DNA of 64,000 bases, taken from positions 768,001 to 832,000 of the forward strand of contig OZ242376.1 of the NCBI GenBank assembly GCA_965209085.1. Direction: 5' to 3'. Position 1 is the stretch's first letter, and each line of letters begins with the position of its first letter. The stretch is from Nitrosopumilaceae archaeon. GTDB lineage: Archaea > Thermoproteota > Nitrososphaeria > Nitrososphaerales > Nitrosopumilaceae. Below the pieces are notes generated by a model. The model did no database searches. It worked only from the letters and a program-made list of their open reading frames with translations, and had not been told where the DNA came from. The translations under genes were made by a program, and so were the position numbers. This document shows, in pieces, positions 1 through 10,970 of this stretch.

Positions 1-688
1 TGCCTCGCGCCAGCGCGGATACGGGCCGGGGAGGTTTTCATTCAACGTCTCAGAGGGGAGGTGTTTTTCATGCGAGGGTGATGGTGTAAAGCAGATAGAG
101 ATGCAGTTTCTCTCCGATGTCTTTATCACATGCGATGAATGCAAGGGGAGGCGCTACAACAGTGAGACACTCTCCATTGTATTTAAAATGAAAAATATCT
201 CAGATATTCTTGCAATGACAGTAGAGGAGGCGCTTGAATTTTTTAAAAACCATCCGGCAATAGCCCGCAAACTGCAGACAATTTATGATGTCGGGCTTGG
301 GTACATAAAATTGGGACAGTCATCAACTACATTATCTGGCGGTGAGGCGCAGAGGGTGAAATTGGCCTCTGAGCTCTCAAAGAGGGATACTGGCAGAACT
401 TTATACATACTTGATGAGCCAACCACGGGTCTGCATTTTGCCGATGTTCAAAAACTCTTGGATGTTTTAAACCGTCTGGCAAACAAACAAAATACAATAA
501 TCGTAATAGAGCATAATCTTGATGTGATACGATGCTCTGATTGGATAATAGATTTGGGTCCTGAAGGCGGGGAGATGGGCGGTAAGATTGTTGCATGCGG
601 TACGCCCAAAGATGTGGCAAAATCCATGGGGCATACTGGCAGATATCTTGGGGGTGCAAATAAAGATGCAAAAAAACGCCGGGTATAG
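1..688 (+). CDS. uvrA: Excinuclease ABC subunit A, C-terminal part (gene starts before window)
   Basis: Zn-finger CxxC pairs, [15 protein letters not shown] signature, [12 protein letters not shown] Walker [15 protein letters not shown]; adjacent to uvrC. Confidence 0.96.
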   Translation, partial: ASRQRGYGPGRFSFNVSEGRCFSCEGDGVKQIEMQFLSDVFITCDECKGRRYNSETLSIVFKMKNISDILAMTVEEALEFFKNHPAIARKLQTIYDVGLGYIKLGQSSTTLSGGEAQRVKLASELSKRDTGRTLYILDEPTTGLHFADVQKLLDVLNRLANKQNTIIVIEHNLDVIRCSDWIIDLGPEGGEMGGKIVACGTPKDVAKSMGHTGRYLGGANKDAKKRRV

Positions 689-2288
689 CATAAAACCTGA
701 TTCCATACCAAAGGATCCGGGCGTGTATATAATGATGGATTCTGCAAACTCGGCAATTTACGTGGGCAAGGCTAAAAATCTTCAAAACCGTGTTCGCACG
801 TATTTTGCAAAAAACCGCGATTACAAGACGCAGAAATTAGTTGAAAAAATAGCCGACATTGAATTTGTAATAACTGATACTGAAGAGGAGGCGTTTTTGC
901 TTGAATCAAATTTGATAAAAAGATACCGGCCGCACTATAACATTGAGTTGAGGGATCAGCAAAAATACACATATTTGAGAATTACTGATGAGAAATATCC
1001 CCGGCTGCTTGTCGCGCGGCGCACAAGGTCTGGAAAATTTATGGGTACTGGGAAAACGTACGGGCCGTTTACGCACGGTACATCAAAGCTTTTAACAATT
1101 GGAATGCTTCGAAAATCATTCAAAGTGCGCATATGCAAAACTTTGCCAAAAAAAGCGTGCCTTGAATACCATATTGGAAATTGCGATGCCCCATGTGAGT
1201 TTGCATCGGGGGGAGAAAAATATGCCGGACACATAAAAGAGCTGCATAATGTATTAAGTGGCAGGAAGGACATGGTACGGTACGAGCGCACACTTGATAA
1301 AATGATGCGCGAGGCATCAAATGATGGCCGCTTTGAGGATGCAATACAGATACGGGAAACTCTCCGCCGGCTTCAAAGCCTAAAGGGGAGGCAAAACATG
1401 GAGAGATCCTCATCCATACCTGATGAGGATTATGTGGGGATTTTGACTGTATGTGATAGCGCGCATGTTATGAGTTTGACGCAGTCTAATGGAATAATCC
1501 GCGACAGGGAGCGATTCTCATACGATGAGATTGCAGATAATACGTTTTCAAATTTCCTCTACCAGTATTATACGACGCGTAAAGTGCCCTCTGTAATTTT
1601 GACAAATATTGCACCTGCACGAAAGATTACCTTGGAGAGGATGCTCTCAAAGCAATCCGGGTATGAGGTGCGCATAAGGACTCCTGGGAGGGGGCGGCAG
1701 AGGCAGATAATGGATCTTGTAATGCGCAACATTGCCCTTGCAGTATCTGGTGGTGTGGAACCGGCAATAGCTGAGATGCAAAAGATGCTCGGGCTTGATA
1801 CCATACCCCACAGTATGGAATGCTTTGATATATCAAATCATGGATTCGATTATGCCGTAGGGTCAATGTCCAGGTTTGTTGACGGACAGCCAGATAAATC
1901 CGGATACAGGAAATTTATGATAAAAACTGTGAGTTCACCTGATGATTATGCAATGATTGCTGAGATTGTACATCGCCGGTATTCCCGTCTGAGTTTGGAG
2001 AAAAAACCCCTGCCGGACCTTGTTTTAATAGATGGAGGAAAAGGGCAGCTTGGCGCAGCATATAGGGAGATAAAACGTCTTGGTTTGAAAATACCGTGCG
2101 CCTCGCTTGCAAAAGAATTCGAACACGTATTTGTTTATGGCAAGTCTGCGCCGATAATAATGCCGCACAGCAACAAGGCGTTAAAAATTCTCCAGTATGC
2201 CCGAGATGAGGCTCACAGGTTTGGAGTTGCGTATAATAGAAATGTGCTAAAAAGGAAAACTTTGGGTAAGACTAGTTTACAGAGATAG
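666..2288 (+). CDS. uvrC: Excinuclease ABC subunit C
   Basis: GIY-YIG ([15 protein letters not shown]), UVR region, RNase H-like ECFDISN...LIDGGKGQL...RDEAHRF; start moved to ATG 666 overlapping uvrA end; ends without an obvious HhH tail. Confidence 0.95.
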   Translation: MQKNAGYSIKPDSIPKDPGVYIMMDSANSAIYVGKAKNLQNRVRTYFAKNRDYKTQKLVEKIADIEFVITDTEEEAFLLESNLIKRYRPHYNIELRDQQKYTYLRITDEKYPRLLVARRTRSGKFMGTGKTYGPFTHGTSKLLTIGMLRKSFKVRICKTLPKKACLEYHIGNCDAPCEFASGGEKYAGHIKELHNVLSGRKDMVRYERTLDKMMREASNDGRFEDAIQIRETLRRLQSLKGRQNMERSSSIPDEDYVGILTVCDSAHVMSLTQSNGIIRDRERFSYDEIADNTFSNFLYQYYTTRKVPSVILTNIAPARKITLERMLSKQSGYEVRIRTPGRGRQRQIMDLVMRNIALAVSGGVEPAIAEMQKMLGLDTIPHSMECFDISNHGFDYAVGSMSRFVDGQPDKSGYRKFMIKTVSSPDDYAMIAEIVHRRYSRLSLEKKPLPDLVLIDGGKGQLGAAYREIKRLGLKIPCASLAKEFEHVFVYGKSAPIIMPHSNKALKILQYARDEAHRFGVAYNRNVLKRKTLGKTSLQR

Positions 2289-2928
2289 TGCCGCTCATCC
2301 ACGGATGAACTATGCAAAAGTATTCAAATGATCCTGCATCATAAAAGGTATATTCGAACGTGGCACCACTTGAGATTAGACCGCTGTTAAAAGTGCCGCT
2401 TTCACCTGATGTAATGCTGCCACCGGTTGCAGTATGCGCTGCAGTATCATCATTTGACCATACGATACGGTCGCCGGCATTGATTGATATGCTATATGGG
2501 ATAAAGCACTCGTTTGTCTCATCACATCCTTGAACAAACGTACCTGATGGTATTGAAACGGATTTTGTTACAGGTCCGGTTTCTTTTTCCATCATCATCA
2601 TCTCCTCTTCCATCATCATCATCTCTTTTTCCATCATCATCATCTCCTCTTCCATCATCATCATTTCTCTGTCAGCATTCATCATTTTCTCCATATCTGT
2701 CATCTCATCTCCCATCATTTCTCTGTCAGCATTCATCATTTTCTCCATATCTGTCATCTCCTCTTCCATCATCATCATCTTATCATACATCATCTCCTCC
2801 TCATCCATCATCATTGCATCCTGATTTGATTCGGATTGATCAATGGTAGTACCTATAACGGCTATACTTGCACCAAATAGAACGATGACCATGGTCCAAA
2901 CAATTGCTGCTTTGTCTACTGATCCCAT
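2272..2928 (-). CDS. Membrane-anchored plastocyanin/cupredoxin with Met/Glu-rich linker
   Basis: N-terminal hydrophobic helix; C-terminal WSNDDTAAHTAT...YFCIVHPWM type-1 Cu ligands; thaumarchaeal GCDETNECFIP motif. Confidence 0.88.
   Translation of the reverse strand: MGSVDKAAIVWTMVIVLFGASIAVIGTTIDQSESNQDAMMMDEEEMMYDKMMMMEEEMTDMEKMMNADREMMGDEMTDMEKMMNADREMMMMEEEMMMMEKEMMMMEEEMMMMEKETGPVTKSVSIPSGTFVQGCDETNECFIPYSISINAGDRIVWSNDDTAAHTATGGSITSGESGTFNSGLISSGATFEYTFYDAGSFEYFCIVHPWMSGTISVN
2581..2815. repeat. Coding (ATG/GAG)n microsatellite and tandem duplications in cupredoxin linker
   Basis: Runs of CAT/CTC on + strand; duplicated EMTDMEKMMNADREMM and MMMMEEEMMMMEKE units. Confidence 0.9.
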
Positions 2929-2962
2929 GATTTGACCCGATCAGATGTGAATATAAGCGTTT

Positions 2963-3100
2963 TTTGACCGGGTTCTGTGTAGAATACGGGAGCTTGACTA
3001 GAGTGTGTAATTTCGGGAGTTTTTTGGACGATTTGCGATCAGAATGCGACATACTCACGAATATCCGAATAAATTCTGTTCAAATCACTATTGGGTAAAG
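2963..3100 (+). mobile_element. GGTTCTGT-type element end preceded by 8-mer TTTGACCG; left junction of island
   Basis: TTTGACCG (2963-2970) then GGTTCTGTGTAG..GTGTGTAATTTCGGG..TTGCGATCAGAAT; homologous to 37709-37870. Confidence 0.75.
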
Positions 3101-3294
3101 GATGTAGGATTTATGTTGTGGTTGCAGCACAGTTCTGCAAGAGTGATGTGCGTGTTTATTGACTCCATGATGATACGCACCTTTTCGTCTGGAGCATGAT
3201 GTGATCTTTTCATTGATGAATACCTCCAAGACTGGATAAAATTTGTTCCACTTTGGGCGTTCTCATTTTATGGGGCCCACTCCACACAGCAGCA
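3100..3294 (-). mobile_element. IS3-family left-end fragment (IRL + 5' orfA)
   Basis: Matches the 5' end of the IS3 copy starting at 26907 (TGGAGTGG..ATAAAATGAGAAC). Confidence 0.85.
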
Positions 3295-3403
3295 CGGATA
3301 CTCCCACTCACTCCAAAGGTCTCACGAACCACGAACTCAGGGATTTGCCAACACTTCAAGTGTATCGGACTTGCATGTTTTCAGTCCAGTCCAAATTCTA
3401 AGA

Positions 3404-6400
3404 CTAGGTATCATCGTATATGATTATAGTTCTAATTTTGCTCTCAGGCATGTTGCCGGCCGCATCGGGGGGCGCAATGTATTCTATAAAATACATTCCA
3501 GGCTGTAAAGTGCTCAGAGCAGTAGAGTTTTCACGCGTCGTACCCTGATACGTTGGATCATTATCGTGTACAGAGGCGCCAGCATCCGTATACTCGGATC
3601 CTGCAGGAATTCTCGCTGTAAGATTTCCGTCCAGTTGGATTGTAGGCGCATCCATGTCCACAAAGACGTTTGGTGAGTCAAGATCTGATTCGATTGCAAA
3701 TACGGTTCTGCCAGCAGAGTCAACGGCGGTAATGGCAAAGGTTGCATGACCGGCATCGCCTGCCAGTACGGATGCGCTTGCATATACTATATTCTCTGTA
3801 AAGACAACATTTGCATCCCTTCCCATAATGGTTGCAGATGCATCCGCAATATCTTCACCCAAAACCCATCTTATGGTGAGCAGATCGCCGGCATTTGCGT
3901 ATTCATAGTTTGGATTGTTGGATTTTATAATCAGACCTTGCTCGTGTTTTGGGTCTTTGAAATTGGCAGCAGCTACTCTGATTGAATCAAGCATTGATTC
4001 GTATGATTTGTCACCGTGCGCCGGAGTGCCACCCTGCGACGAGATTGGGTTTGCAGACGGACCAAGACTGACTGTCTGAATTCCCTCACCGTTGCTGCCT
4101 ATAACAGCATACAGGTCTGAATTGATTTGTACTGCCGAGACGCTTGTAGCAAGACCTGTGGATACAAAGCCGCCATAGCCATCACGGATTCCTGCAGCAG
4201 GTGTAGGATTGGAAGGATCTGTAATGTTTAATATCTGCACGCCGTCATCCTCGTGACTTGCCACAAGTGCATACACAAGTTGCCCTGATTTTACAATATC
4301 AACACCCATTGGAGCCTGCAGTGATTCAAAGATTGTTGGATGACGCTCAAAGCTGTCTCTGGGCGAAGATAAAACGCTCGGTGCGGTGGGGTTTGTAATT
4401 TCTATTATGTATACCTTGTTGTAATATGTGGAAGATATGACCGAAAAGGTTCTGCCATCATTCTGCACTATGTCGTTTGTGTTGAAATGGTATGGAAAGT
4501 ATACATAGTAAAATGGATTGGCGTTTATAATTAGTGTTACAAATGGGTTTGCAGGATCTGAAATGTTTATGAATAAATTCGAACCCCAGCCGGTTGAACC
4601 CAAAACGATAGCAAACGTTTCAGTACCGATTCGTACCGTATCTACATGGTAGGGGTCACCGCCAGTGAACGCAAATGTGGCTGTCGGATTTGTCGGATCG
4701 GTAATGTTTATGATTTGAAGTCCGTCATTCTCGCTTGCAATTATTGCAAACGTGTCATCGCCTATCTCAAAGGCGTCCACATCAAAGGCTCCATCAAGCG
4801 CTGTAAACGGTGTTGGGTTTTCATCCGTACTGTCAGTTATGCCCGCCACTGCGATGGGGTTTGTCGGATCTGTAATGTTTATGATTTGCAATCCGTCATC
4901 ATCATAGCTTGCAATTAGGGCATACGTGTTTGTGCCTATCCTTGTCGTATCCACGTTGCGAGGACCCTGCAGTTCCGTAAAGCTGTCCGTCCCATCGACC
5001 ATGGAGCTGATGGCAGCAGGGTTTGCAGGATCGGTAATGTCAGTTATTCTGGCATTACTTGAATGCCAATCCACGGTTATGGCATATGTTCCAAAACCGA
5101 TCTTTACAGTCTCTACATTATATACAGGATCAAATGCAAACTGACCGCCAATGCGTAGATTACCCAAAGCTACAGGATTGTCCATTGCTGCCGGATCTGA
5201 ATTTGTCGTGCCAGTTATGTTTACGGTGCGGGTTGTACCAACTAGTCTGTTACCACTATTGTCTCCGCCTCTGTTTCCGCTTGGATCTGGGGTTATATGA
5301 TATACGATCGTGTATGTTCCTACTTTGCTCGTGTCAATAAGGTTGGCATTGGATGTAACGGTTCCCACGTATGTGGGATCGTTATCGCGTGCTTCCACAC
5401 CTTGTTCATAATACTGGGTGCCGCGAATTATCACAATATTCAGATCTCCTGTTAGGTGTAATGTTGGAGGGGTTGTATCCACGAATACGTTTTCGGAGAT
5501 TAGATTTGATTCAGTTACGTTTAGCATGTTGCCTAGTCCATCTTGTACTATAATCTCAAAGGTAGTATTGCCGTTTGTATCATTCCACCATACGGGAATG
5601 CTTGCAATAATGGATGTTACATTGGATGATATGCTGGCATTTTTGTCCAGTATTGTGGCAGTTACAAGATTAATCTCCATGCCTGCGTGCAATACGACGG
5701 TTATAATATCATCTGCCCTTGCGCGGTGTACGTTTGGATTGCTACTGTATATGTCCAGACTGTACGAGATTGATTCGGTAATGGTGATTGGTTCCTCCCC
5801 TGTCACGTTCACGATGCGGGTTATGATCGGTGCCTGGTTTCCTGCAAGATCTGCGTCTGCGGTGTATTCTATGATGTGTATGTCGGGTACGGAGGTGCTC
5901 ACATCCGTGGCATTTGAGGTAATATTGCCTTTGTATGATGGATCATTGTCGGATAATAATGCTCCCGGGTCTACATATTCTTGTCCTATCTCTATATGAA
6001 CAATTGGCATGCCAATTAGGGTCAGATTGGGCGCGATTGTATCAACGTAGACGTTTGTATCTGTCAGATCGTGTTCTGATATTTTGAGTCTAGAGAGTAT
6101 GTCTATTAGTGAAATCGCAAATGTGAGATTACCGTTTGTATGATTTTCATGTATGGTAAAAGTTGCAGTCAATGTGTTGTTGTTTATGATCGGCAGGATG
6201 GTTTTATTCAAGACGGTCATTTCTGCACCGTATATGAGTCTGTTTGTTTGCAGTTCAAGTGTAACGTCATCTCCAGTTTTGGCATATGCGTGATTTTGCC
6301 CGTTGGATGTGGCACTAAACAAAGTTATCGCATACGGGACTGGATCAAATACTGTTACGGTTCGCGTTTTATTTTCAGGTATATTTCCTGCCTGATCTGC

Positions 6401-9400
6401 ATCAGCTGAACATTGTATGGTTTGATTTCCCAGTTTGGATGTGTCAATCAGTGTGTGATTTGAGGTTACAATGCTGGCATAGGATGGATTGTTTGCATCA
6501 GATACTGAACATCCCAGATCAAAGTAAAAGCTGTTATGCACTTGAGTTACGGGGTTGTCTCCTATTATGTCGATGATTGGTTTTACTGTGTCCACTATGA
6601 TATTGGCGGATGTTAAGTTGTCATGAGTTGCAAGCAATATTTTATTTCCGGGTGCATTTGCCATGATTGTAAATGATACAGGACCGTTTGTATCCTCAGT
6701 CATTACAGTCTGTACCGCACTTATTGAACCATTTTGTATTAGAATTGTGGCGTTGCGATCCAGTATCATGGCAGTAATGTTTGATATGGGTCCTGTTACA
6801 TTCATTGTTGCGGTAATATTGTCTCCAGTTTTTGCGTAGAGGTTATTGGTATTGGAATTTGATATTGTAGGAATTATGAATTTAGTTTCGTAGTTTATTT
6901 TAAGATCACCATATATATGAATGTCATTCAAATATACATGTTCGTTATGACTGTCGCTAGCGACTGTAAAGCGCAGTGTAAGACTGTCACTGTAGATATA
7001 TTTGCCAATATCTATATTATCACTAGACCATTCTATACCGAAACGTTCCTCGTTATTGTGGCGCTCCGTATAATTTGCCACCTGCTGCCAGCTGCCATTT
7101 CCGTCATTTGCTTCAATTTTTAATCCCTCATCGTTATAGTCATCAACATTTGTCATACGATATGAGAAATTAAGATGAACTTTTTCATAAGGGGTCATAT
7201 TCAAACCGTTTTTCATAACAAGTATACAATCTTGATCACAGTCAACCGCATGAAAGACAGTATCATCAACATTGTTTTGGTTTGTGGTGTTTGTGATTAG
7301 CCAATCTTCTCCTGAGCGATCCCACTCTTGGAACGTATCTGCATGATCTTGGAAAATTGTCACATTTTTGGATTTTATTTTTATTTCTATTGTTTCTGTT
7401 CCTGTAATGTTTGCATCGTTTATGCGTATAATTTCATCACTCTTACTACTAATGGCCGTTACGCGCACGTTAAAATTCTCACTGGATGAATATTCATCCA
7501 AATTCATGTTCATTTCAGTCCATGTGAATGAATCTGTGTTTACATCATCAAAAAATGCAATCTCGTGCCACGAGTTAGATACGTTGGATACTTCTATTCT
7601 GAGACCTTCATTTTGGTATGCATCTATTCTGCTTGATAGATAATACCAGAGATTCAAGTTGGCATTATCATACTCTGTTAGATTCATACTTTGTATCGTA
7701 ACTAGTTCGCACTCGTTATCGCAATCACTTGCCTCCAGCACCTCGTCCATTACGCCGTACTGGTTTATAACTGACTCATCTGTCCATGGGGAATTTGAGT
7801 TCCATAATATTTCAGCAAGTTTAGTTATCTCTTTTATGATATAATGACCATCATCATCATCATGATACAAATAGATGAAATCTCGGGCTATATTCCCTTG
7901 TGCATCTTCTGCCATTGCAGTGACCGTATTGGTAGAACGGGATAATGATATTGTGGTAGACCAGATGTGCAAATTATTTGTCAGATTGGAATTGAGCACA
8001 TCATTAACAAAAATCGTTATAGAAGTGACATTAATGTTATCTGATGATGTTCCATTAATGACAATGTTTTTACTTTGGAATGTGGATCTATGTGACGGAT
8101 GCGTGATTTCAATTTGTGGATTGGTTTTGTCCACATAATATCGGATGTTATTATGATGAAAGTTTAATCCTAGTGATGGATATCCCAAATTGTTCCAATT
8201 ATTTTCAAAGTCAAAGATTGTTGATGAATTATCATATTTAAATGCGCGCCATAACTGGGATTCAGTAGAAAGTGTGTCGTTGATTTCATTGGCATCATCA
8301 TATATATCCCATAAAGAGGCTGCCACCCATGATTCATATTTGCTGCCAGTAATGTTAAATCGATCAGAAAAAGGATATTCTGTAGTAGTACCAGCGTTGA
8401 AAGTTGCATACTCAAAATCAATTGGATCAACATAAAACCCAGGATACAATATGGGCGAATCCCTCATCCATATTGTAAAAAACCAAGCCCAACCTTCAAC
8501 CCATCCGCATTTATCGGTGTAATGGCTATCAATATTATGACCACGACATATGGGTATTTCTGAATTTAAATTTATATAAATTTGATCTTGAATATGATGG
8601 GCGTATTCATGTGGGAGTACAGCAGTAATGTTATAATTCAGCACATATGGAATATAGATTGTCGCATTTAGATAGGATGCCGGTCTAATATCATTTAATG
8701 TTACGTTAACGGTAGGTGCATCATACGACACCTTTGAGTATAATAAATCATGCATGGATGTCACATCAGCATACATTTGATGTGTAATTGGATAATTCAT
8801 CGGATATTGGTTTACGGTACCTACGTAAATTATTCTATCTTGTATGCCATAACGTATATTTGCAAGTGATTCATAAAATTCCACAGGTTTGTTATTGTTT
8901 ATAATTTTAACTGCATCATTTACTAATGATACACCAATAAGTAAATCCATGTATCCCCCACCAGGATTTGGATCCTCATTTATTCCTATTAATTTAAAGA
9001 AGCCATTAGAATATGATCGAGTACAAACATCACGGTCGCCACTTTTTAATATAGTCATATCACTATTATTGTGTATATTAACATCGAATGCACATATGAG
9101 ATAATCATCTGCTGGAACATGATTTAGATCCTCATTTATGGTATTATAATACCCATATACATAAAATTGAAGCGGAGCTGCTGCTGTCACCTTGGGTAAA
9201 AAAAAATCATTAAATATTGTATTTTGTGTTGAAAATTCCGGATATGCGTTAAAAAAATCATCTACAAAATCTTCTGAAAGATTTTCATCCATCAGCCAAT
9301 TTTTAGTAATTTGAATACCTTCATTTTTTTCCACTGATCTTAAAAATTCGGCAAGGCCTTCCCAACCTGGTTGAGGCACATATCCGGGTTCTTTAACTAC

Positions 9401-10402
9401 ATTTGGCGGCGGAGTAAATTGTTGGACAGGTTGAGGTTTTGGTATGTAATCAGGCAGACCACTTGGCAATGTTTCAAATTCCCGATCGCCACTAAACCAT
9501 TTTTGTGTTGTATGATTAAAGGACAATCCGAAATATTGTGTGGTATCGCGATAACTAGATACTCTAAATTCCGGATCTGTGTTGGATATAGCTTTTACTC
9601 CATGTTCAGTAGGGGTTAGTTGTAAATCCAATCCCACATCATGCACCCCTACACTAAAGATACTATCTGTATGCACCAGTGGTCTTGTTAATTGAAACTT
9701 TATGGAACCGTGGACAGTTTCATTAGTAAAAAATATGGGCTCTCCATGATAAACTACTTTCAGATATCTTATATGAGGACTTGCTGCGATTGATTTAGGT
9801 TTGAATGAATCAGTCAGCATGATAAATTCAGAGTGTAATATAATCTTAGGAACAACCATCACATCGTTTCCATGTATATCGAGATATCGAATATTACCAT
9901 TTTCATCAATACGATGAGGTCTACCATCAGGTACAGCATATTGAGGAGTGCCATCCTCATCAAGCCAATCCACGGTATAATTTATTATAGATGTTTCATT
10001 AATTTTGATATCTCGTGAAACTTCTAATGAAATAAATGGACTCACAAGATTTATAAAAGATTGATGTGATCCGCTAGTGATGGTAATTTTTCCATCATTG
10101 GCATTTGTTTCTCTAGATGTATTTACGGCAGGATATTTTATTTCAGTATGTTGTGTATTGGTCAATACCGACCATCCGAGTTTTTGAGCGGTTTTTTCTG
10201 ATACGCATGCAATTTTATCCATTCCTCGATCAACGAGTAAAAGATCGTCTCGGCATACTATATTATGCGGCATCGTTCCACTATCAAGCTGTTTTTTTGG
10301 ACTTTGAACATAATCTGAGGGTTGCGCGTATGTGGTAGAGATTGTGACAGTTGATAATATTATAATTAATGTGAGAATGAATAAAATTTGATAGTTTGGC
10401 AT
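3404..10402 (-). CDS. Giant (2332 aa) secreted/surface protein: putative Zn-peptidase domain, repeated Ig-like/DUF5011-like modules, LVIVD-like propeller
   Basis: Signal peptide; SPKKQ..C..ACV..LGW thaumarchaeal motif; HEYAH + EGWA zincin motif; four S(N)xxxxYAxxGD...VDTxxP..G modules; repeated QIINITDPTNP. Confidence 0.8.
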   Translation of the reverse strand: MPNYQILFILTLIIILSTVTISTTYAQPSDYVQSPKKQLDSGTMPHNIVCRDDLLLVDRGMDKIACVSEKTAQKLGWSVLTNTQHTEIKYPAVNTSRETNANDGKITITSGSHQSFINLVSPFISLEVSRDIKINETSIINYTVDWLDEDGTPQYAVPDGRPHRIDENGNIRYLDIHGNDVMVVPKIILHSEFIMLTDSFKPKSIAASPHIRYLKVVYHGEPIFFTNETVHGSIKFQLTRPLVHTDSIFSVGVHDVGLDLQLTPTEHGVKAISNTDPEFRVSSYRDTTQYFGLSFNHTTQKWFSGDREFETLPSGLPDYIPKPQPVQQFTPPPNVVKEPGYVPQPGWEGLAEFLRSVEKNEGIQITKNWLMDENLSEDFVDDFFNAYPEFSTQNTIFNDFFLPKVTAAAPLQFYVYGYYNTINEDLNHVPADDYLICAFDVNIHNNSDMTILKSGDRDVCTRSYSNGFFKLIGINEDPNPGGGYMDLLIGVSLVNDAVKIINNNKPVEFYESLANIRYGIQDRIIYVGTVNQYPMNYPITHQMYADVTSMHDLLYSKVSYDAPTVNVTLNDIRPASYLNATIYIPYVLNYNITAVLPHEYAHHIQDQIYINLNSEIPICRGHNIDSHYTDKCGWVEGWAWFFTIWMRDSPILYPGFYVDPIDFEYATFNAGTTTEYPFSDRFNITGSKYESWVAASLWDIYDDANEINDTLSTESQLWRAFKYDNSSTIFDFENNWNNLGYPSLGLNFHHNNIRYYVDKTNPQIEITHPSHRSTFQSKNIVINGTSSDNINVTSITIFVNDVLNSNLTNNLHIWSTTISLSRSTNTVTAMAEDAQGNIARDFIYLYHDDDDGHYIIKEITKLAEILWNSNSPWTDESVINQYGVMDEVLEASDCDNECELVTIQSMNLTEYDNANLNLWYYLSSRIDAYQNEGLRIEVSNVSNSWHEIAFFDDVNTDSFTWTEMNMNLDEYSSSENFNVRVTAISSKSDEIIRINDANITGTETIEIKIKSKNVTIFQDHADTFQEWDRSGEDWLITNTTNQNNVDDTVFHAVDCDQDCILVMKNGLNMTPYEKVHLNFSYRMTNVDDYNDEGLKIEANDGNGSWQQVANYTERHNNEERFGIEWSSDNIDIGKYIYSDSLTLRFTVASDSHNEHVYLNDIHIYGDLKINYETKFIIPTISNSNTNNLYAKTGDNITATMNVTGPISNITAMILDRNATILIQNGSISAVQTVMTEDTNGPVSFTIMANAPGNKILLATHDNLTSANIIVDTVKPIIDIIGDNPVTQVHNSFYFDLGCSVSDANNPSYASIVTSNHTLIDTSKLGNQTIQCSADADQAGNIPENKTRTVTVFDPVPYAITLFSATSNGQNHAYAKTGDDVTLELQTNRLIYGAEMTVLNKTILPIINNNTLTATFTIHENHTNGNLTFAISLIDILSRLKISEHDLTDTNVYVDTIAPNLTLIGMPIVHIEIGQEYVDPGALLSDNDPSYKGNITSNATDVSTSVPDIHIIEYTADADLAGNQAPIITRIVNVTGEEPITITESISYSLDIYSSNPNVHRARADDIITVVLHAGMEINLVTATILDKNASISSNVTSIIASIPVWWNDTNGNTTFEIIVQDGLGNMLNVTESNLISENVFVDTTPPTLHLTGDLNIVIIRGTQYYEQGVEARDNDPTYVGTVTSNANLIDTSKVGTYTIVYHITPDPSGNRGGDNSGNRLVGTTRTVNITGTTNSDPAAMDNPVALGNLRIGGQFAFDPVYNVETVKIGFGTYAITVDWHSSNARITDITDPANPAAISSMVDGTDSFTELQGPRNVDTTRIGTNTYALIASYDDDGLQIINITDPTNPIAVAGITDSTDENPTPFTALDGAFDVDAFEIGDDTFAIIASENDGLQIINITDPTNPTATFAFTGGDPYHVDTVRIGTETFAIVLGSTGWGSNLFINISDPANPFVTLIINANPFYYVYFPYHFNTNDIVQNDGRTFSVISSTYYNKVYIIEITNPTAPSVLSSPRDSFERHPTIFESLQAPMGVDIVKSGQLVYALVASHEDDGVQILNITDPSNPTPAAGIRDGYGGFVSTGLATSVSAVQINSDLYAVIGSNGEGIQTVSLGPSANPISSQGGTPAHGDKSYESMLDSIRVAAANFKDPKHEQGLIIKSNNPNYEYANAGDLLTIRWVLGEDIADASATIMGRDANVVFTENIVYASASVLAGDAGHATFAITAVDSAGRTVFAIESDLDSPNVFVDMDAPTIQLDGNLTARIPAGSEYTDAGASVHDNDPTYQGTTRENSTALSTLQPGMYFIEYIAPPDAAGNMPESKIRTIIIYDDT

Positions 10403-10437
10403 AATATTATATATATTTCATAATATTAATACATATC

Positions 10438-10522
10438 GGTTGTTTACTCTGTTAACTCTTATGTCTTTTCCACTATTTCAGACCTGCTGTTAATTTAGAG
10501 TGTTTTTCTGTTAACTTGGGGA
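10438..10522 (+). repeat. 85-bp repeat, copy 1 (identical to 17571-17655)
   Basis: GGTTGTTTACTCTGTTAAC...CTGTTAACTTGGGGA; three CTGTTAA motifs. Confidence 0.85.
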
Positions 10523-10652
10523 GGTGAGATAAAATTGGATCGTAATATGTCCATCTATTGTTAACATCCGAGAAAATCTAGCAGGCATATTCCATAACGT
10601 GGTAGAATTTCATATAATAGCACATTTATAATCATGCCACAATAATATCAAT

Positions 10653-10970
10653 ATGCAGTACATGATAATAACTCATTATCAAATATTAAAAATACTGTAT
10701 ACCAAATGGCCATACGGCATAACTGGCACTGAAATCTTGAAATATCTTCATGATAACAGTAACACTACGATTGATAATGGTGCTTTGAAAAAATATATGC
10801 TACAACTTGAAAAGGTTGGCCATATCAAGATAGGCGACTCGCCTTCATCATTAAATATTGACGACACACGTTATTTCTTAACACCAATCACGTTTTTGGC
10901 GATTTCTGAAAAATCAAAACATCCAAATTTACCATTTCCTGATGTGGAAAATAAACGCATACTTACATAG
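10653..10970 (+). CDS. Small putative winged-helix protein, possibly truncated by IS5
   Basis: ILKIL..GITGTEI..L..LEKVGHI..RYFLTP wHTH-like pattern; TAG stop is made from TA target + first IS base. Confidence 0.5.
   Translation: MQYMIITHYQILKILYTKWPYGITGTEILKYLHDNSNTTIDNGALKKYMLQLEKVGHIKIGDSPSSLNIDDTRYFLTPITFLAISEKSKHPNLPFPDVENKRILT

Noticed and set aside
327-2112. Numerous antisense ORFs over uvrA/uvrC (and over other core genes and transposases)
   Set aside because: Shadow frames of well-supported genes with no recognisable motifs.
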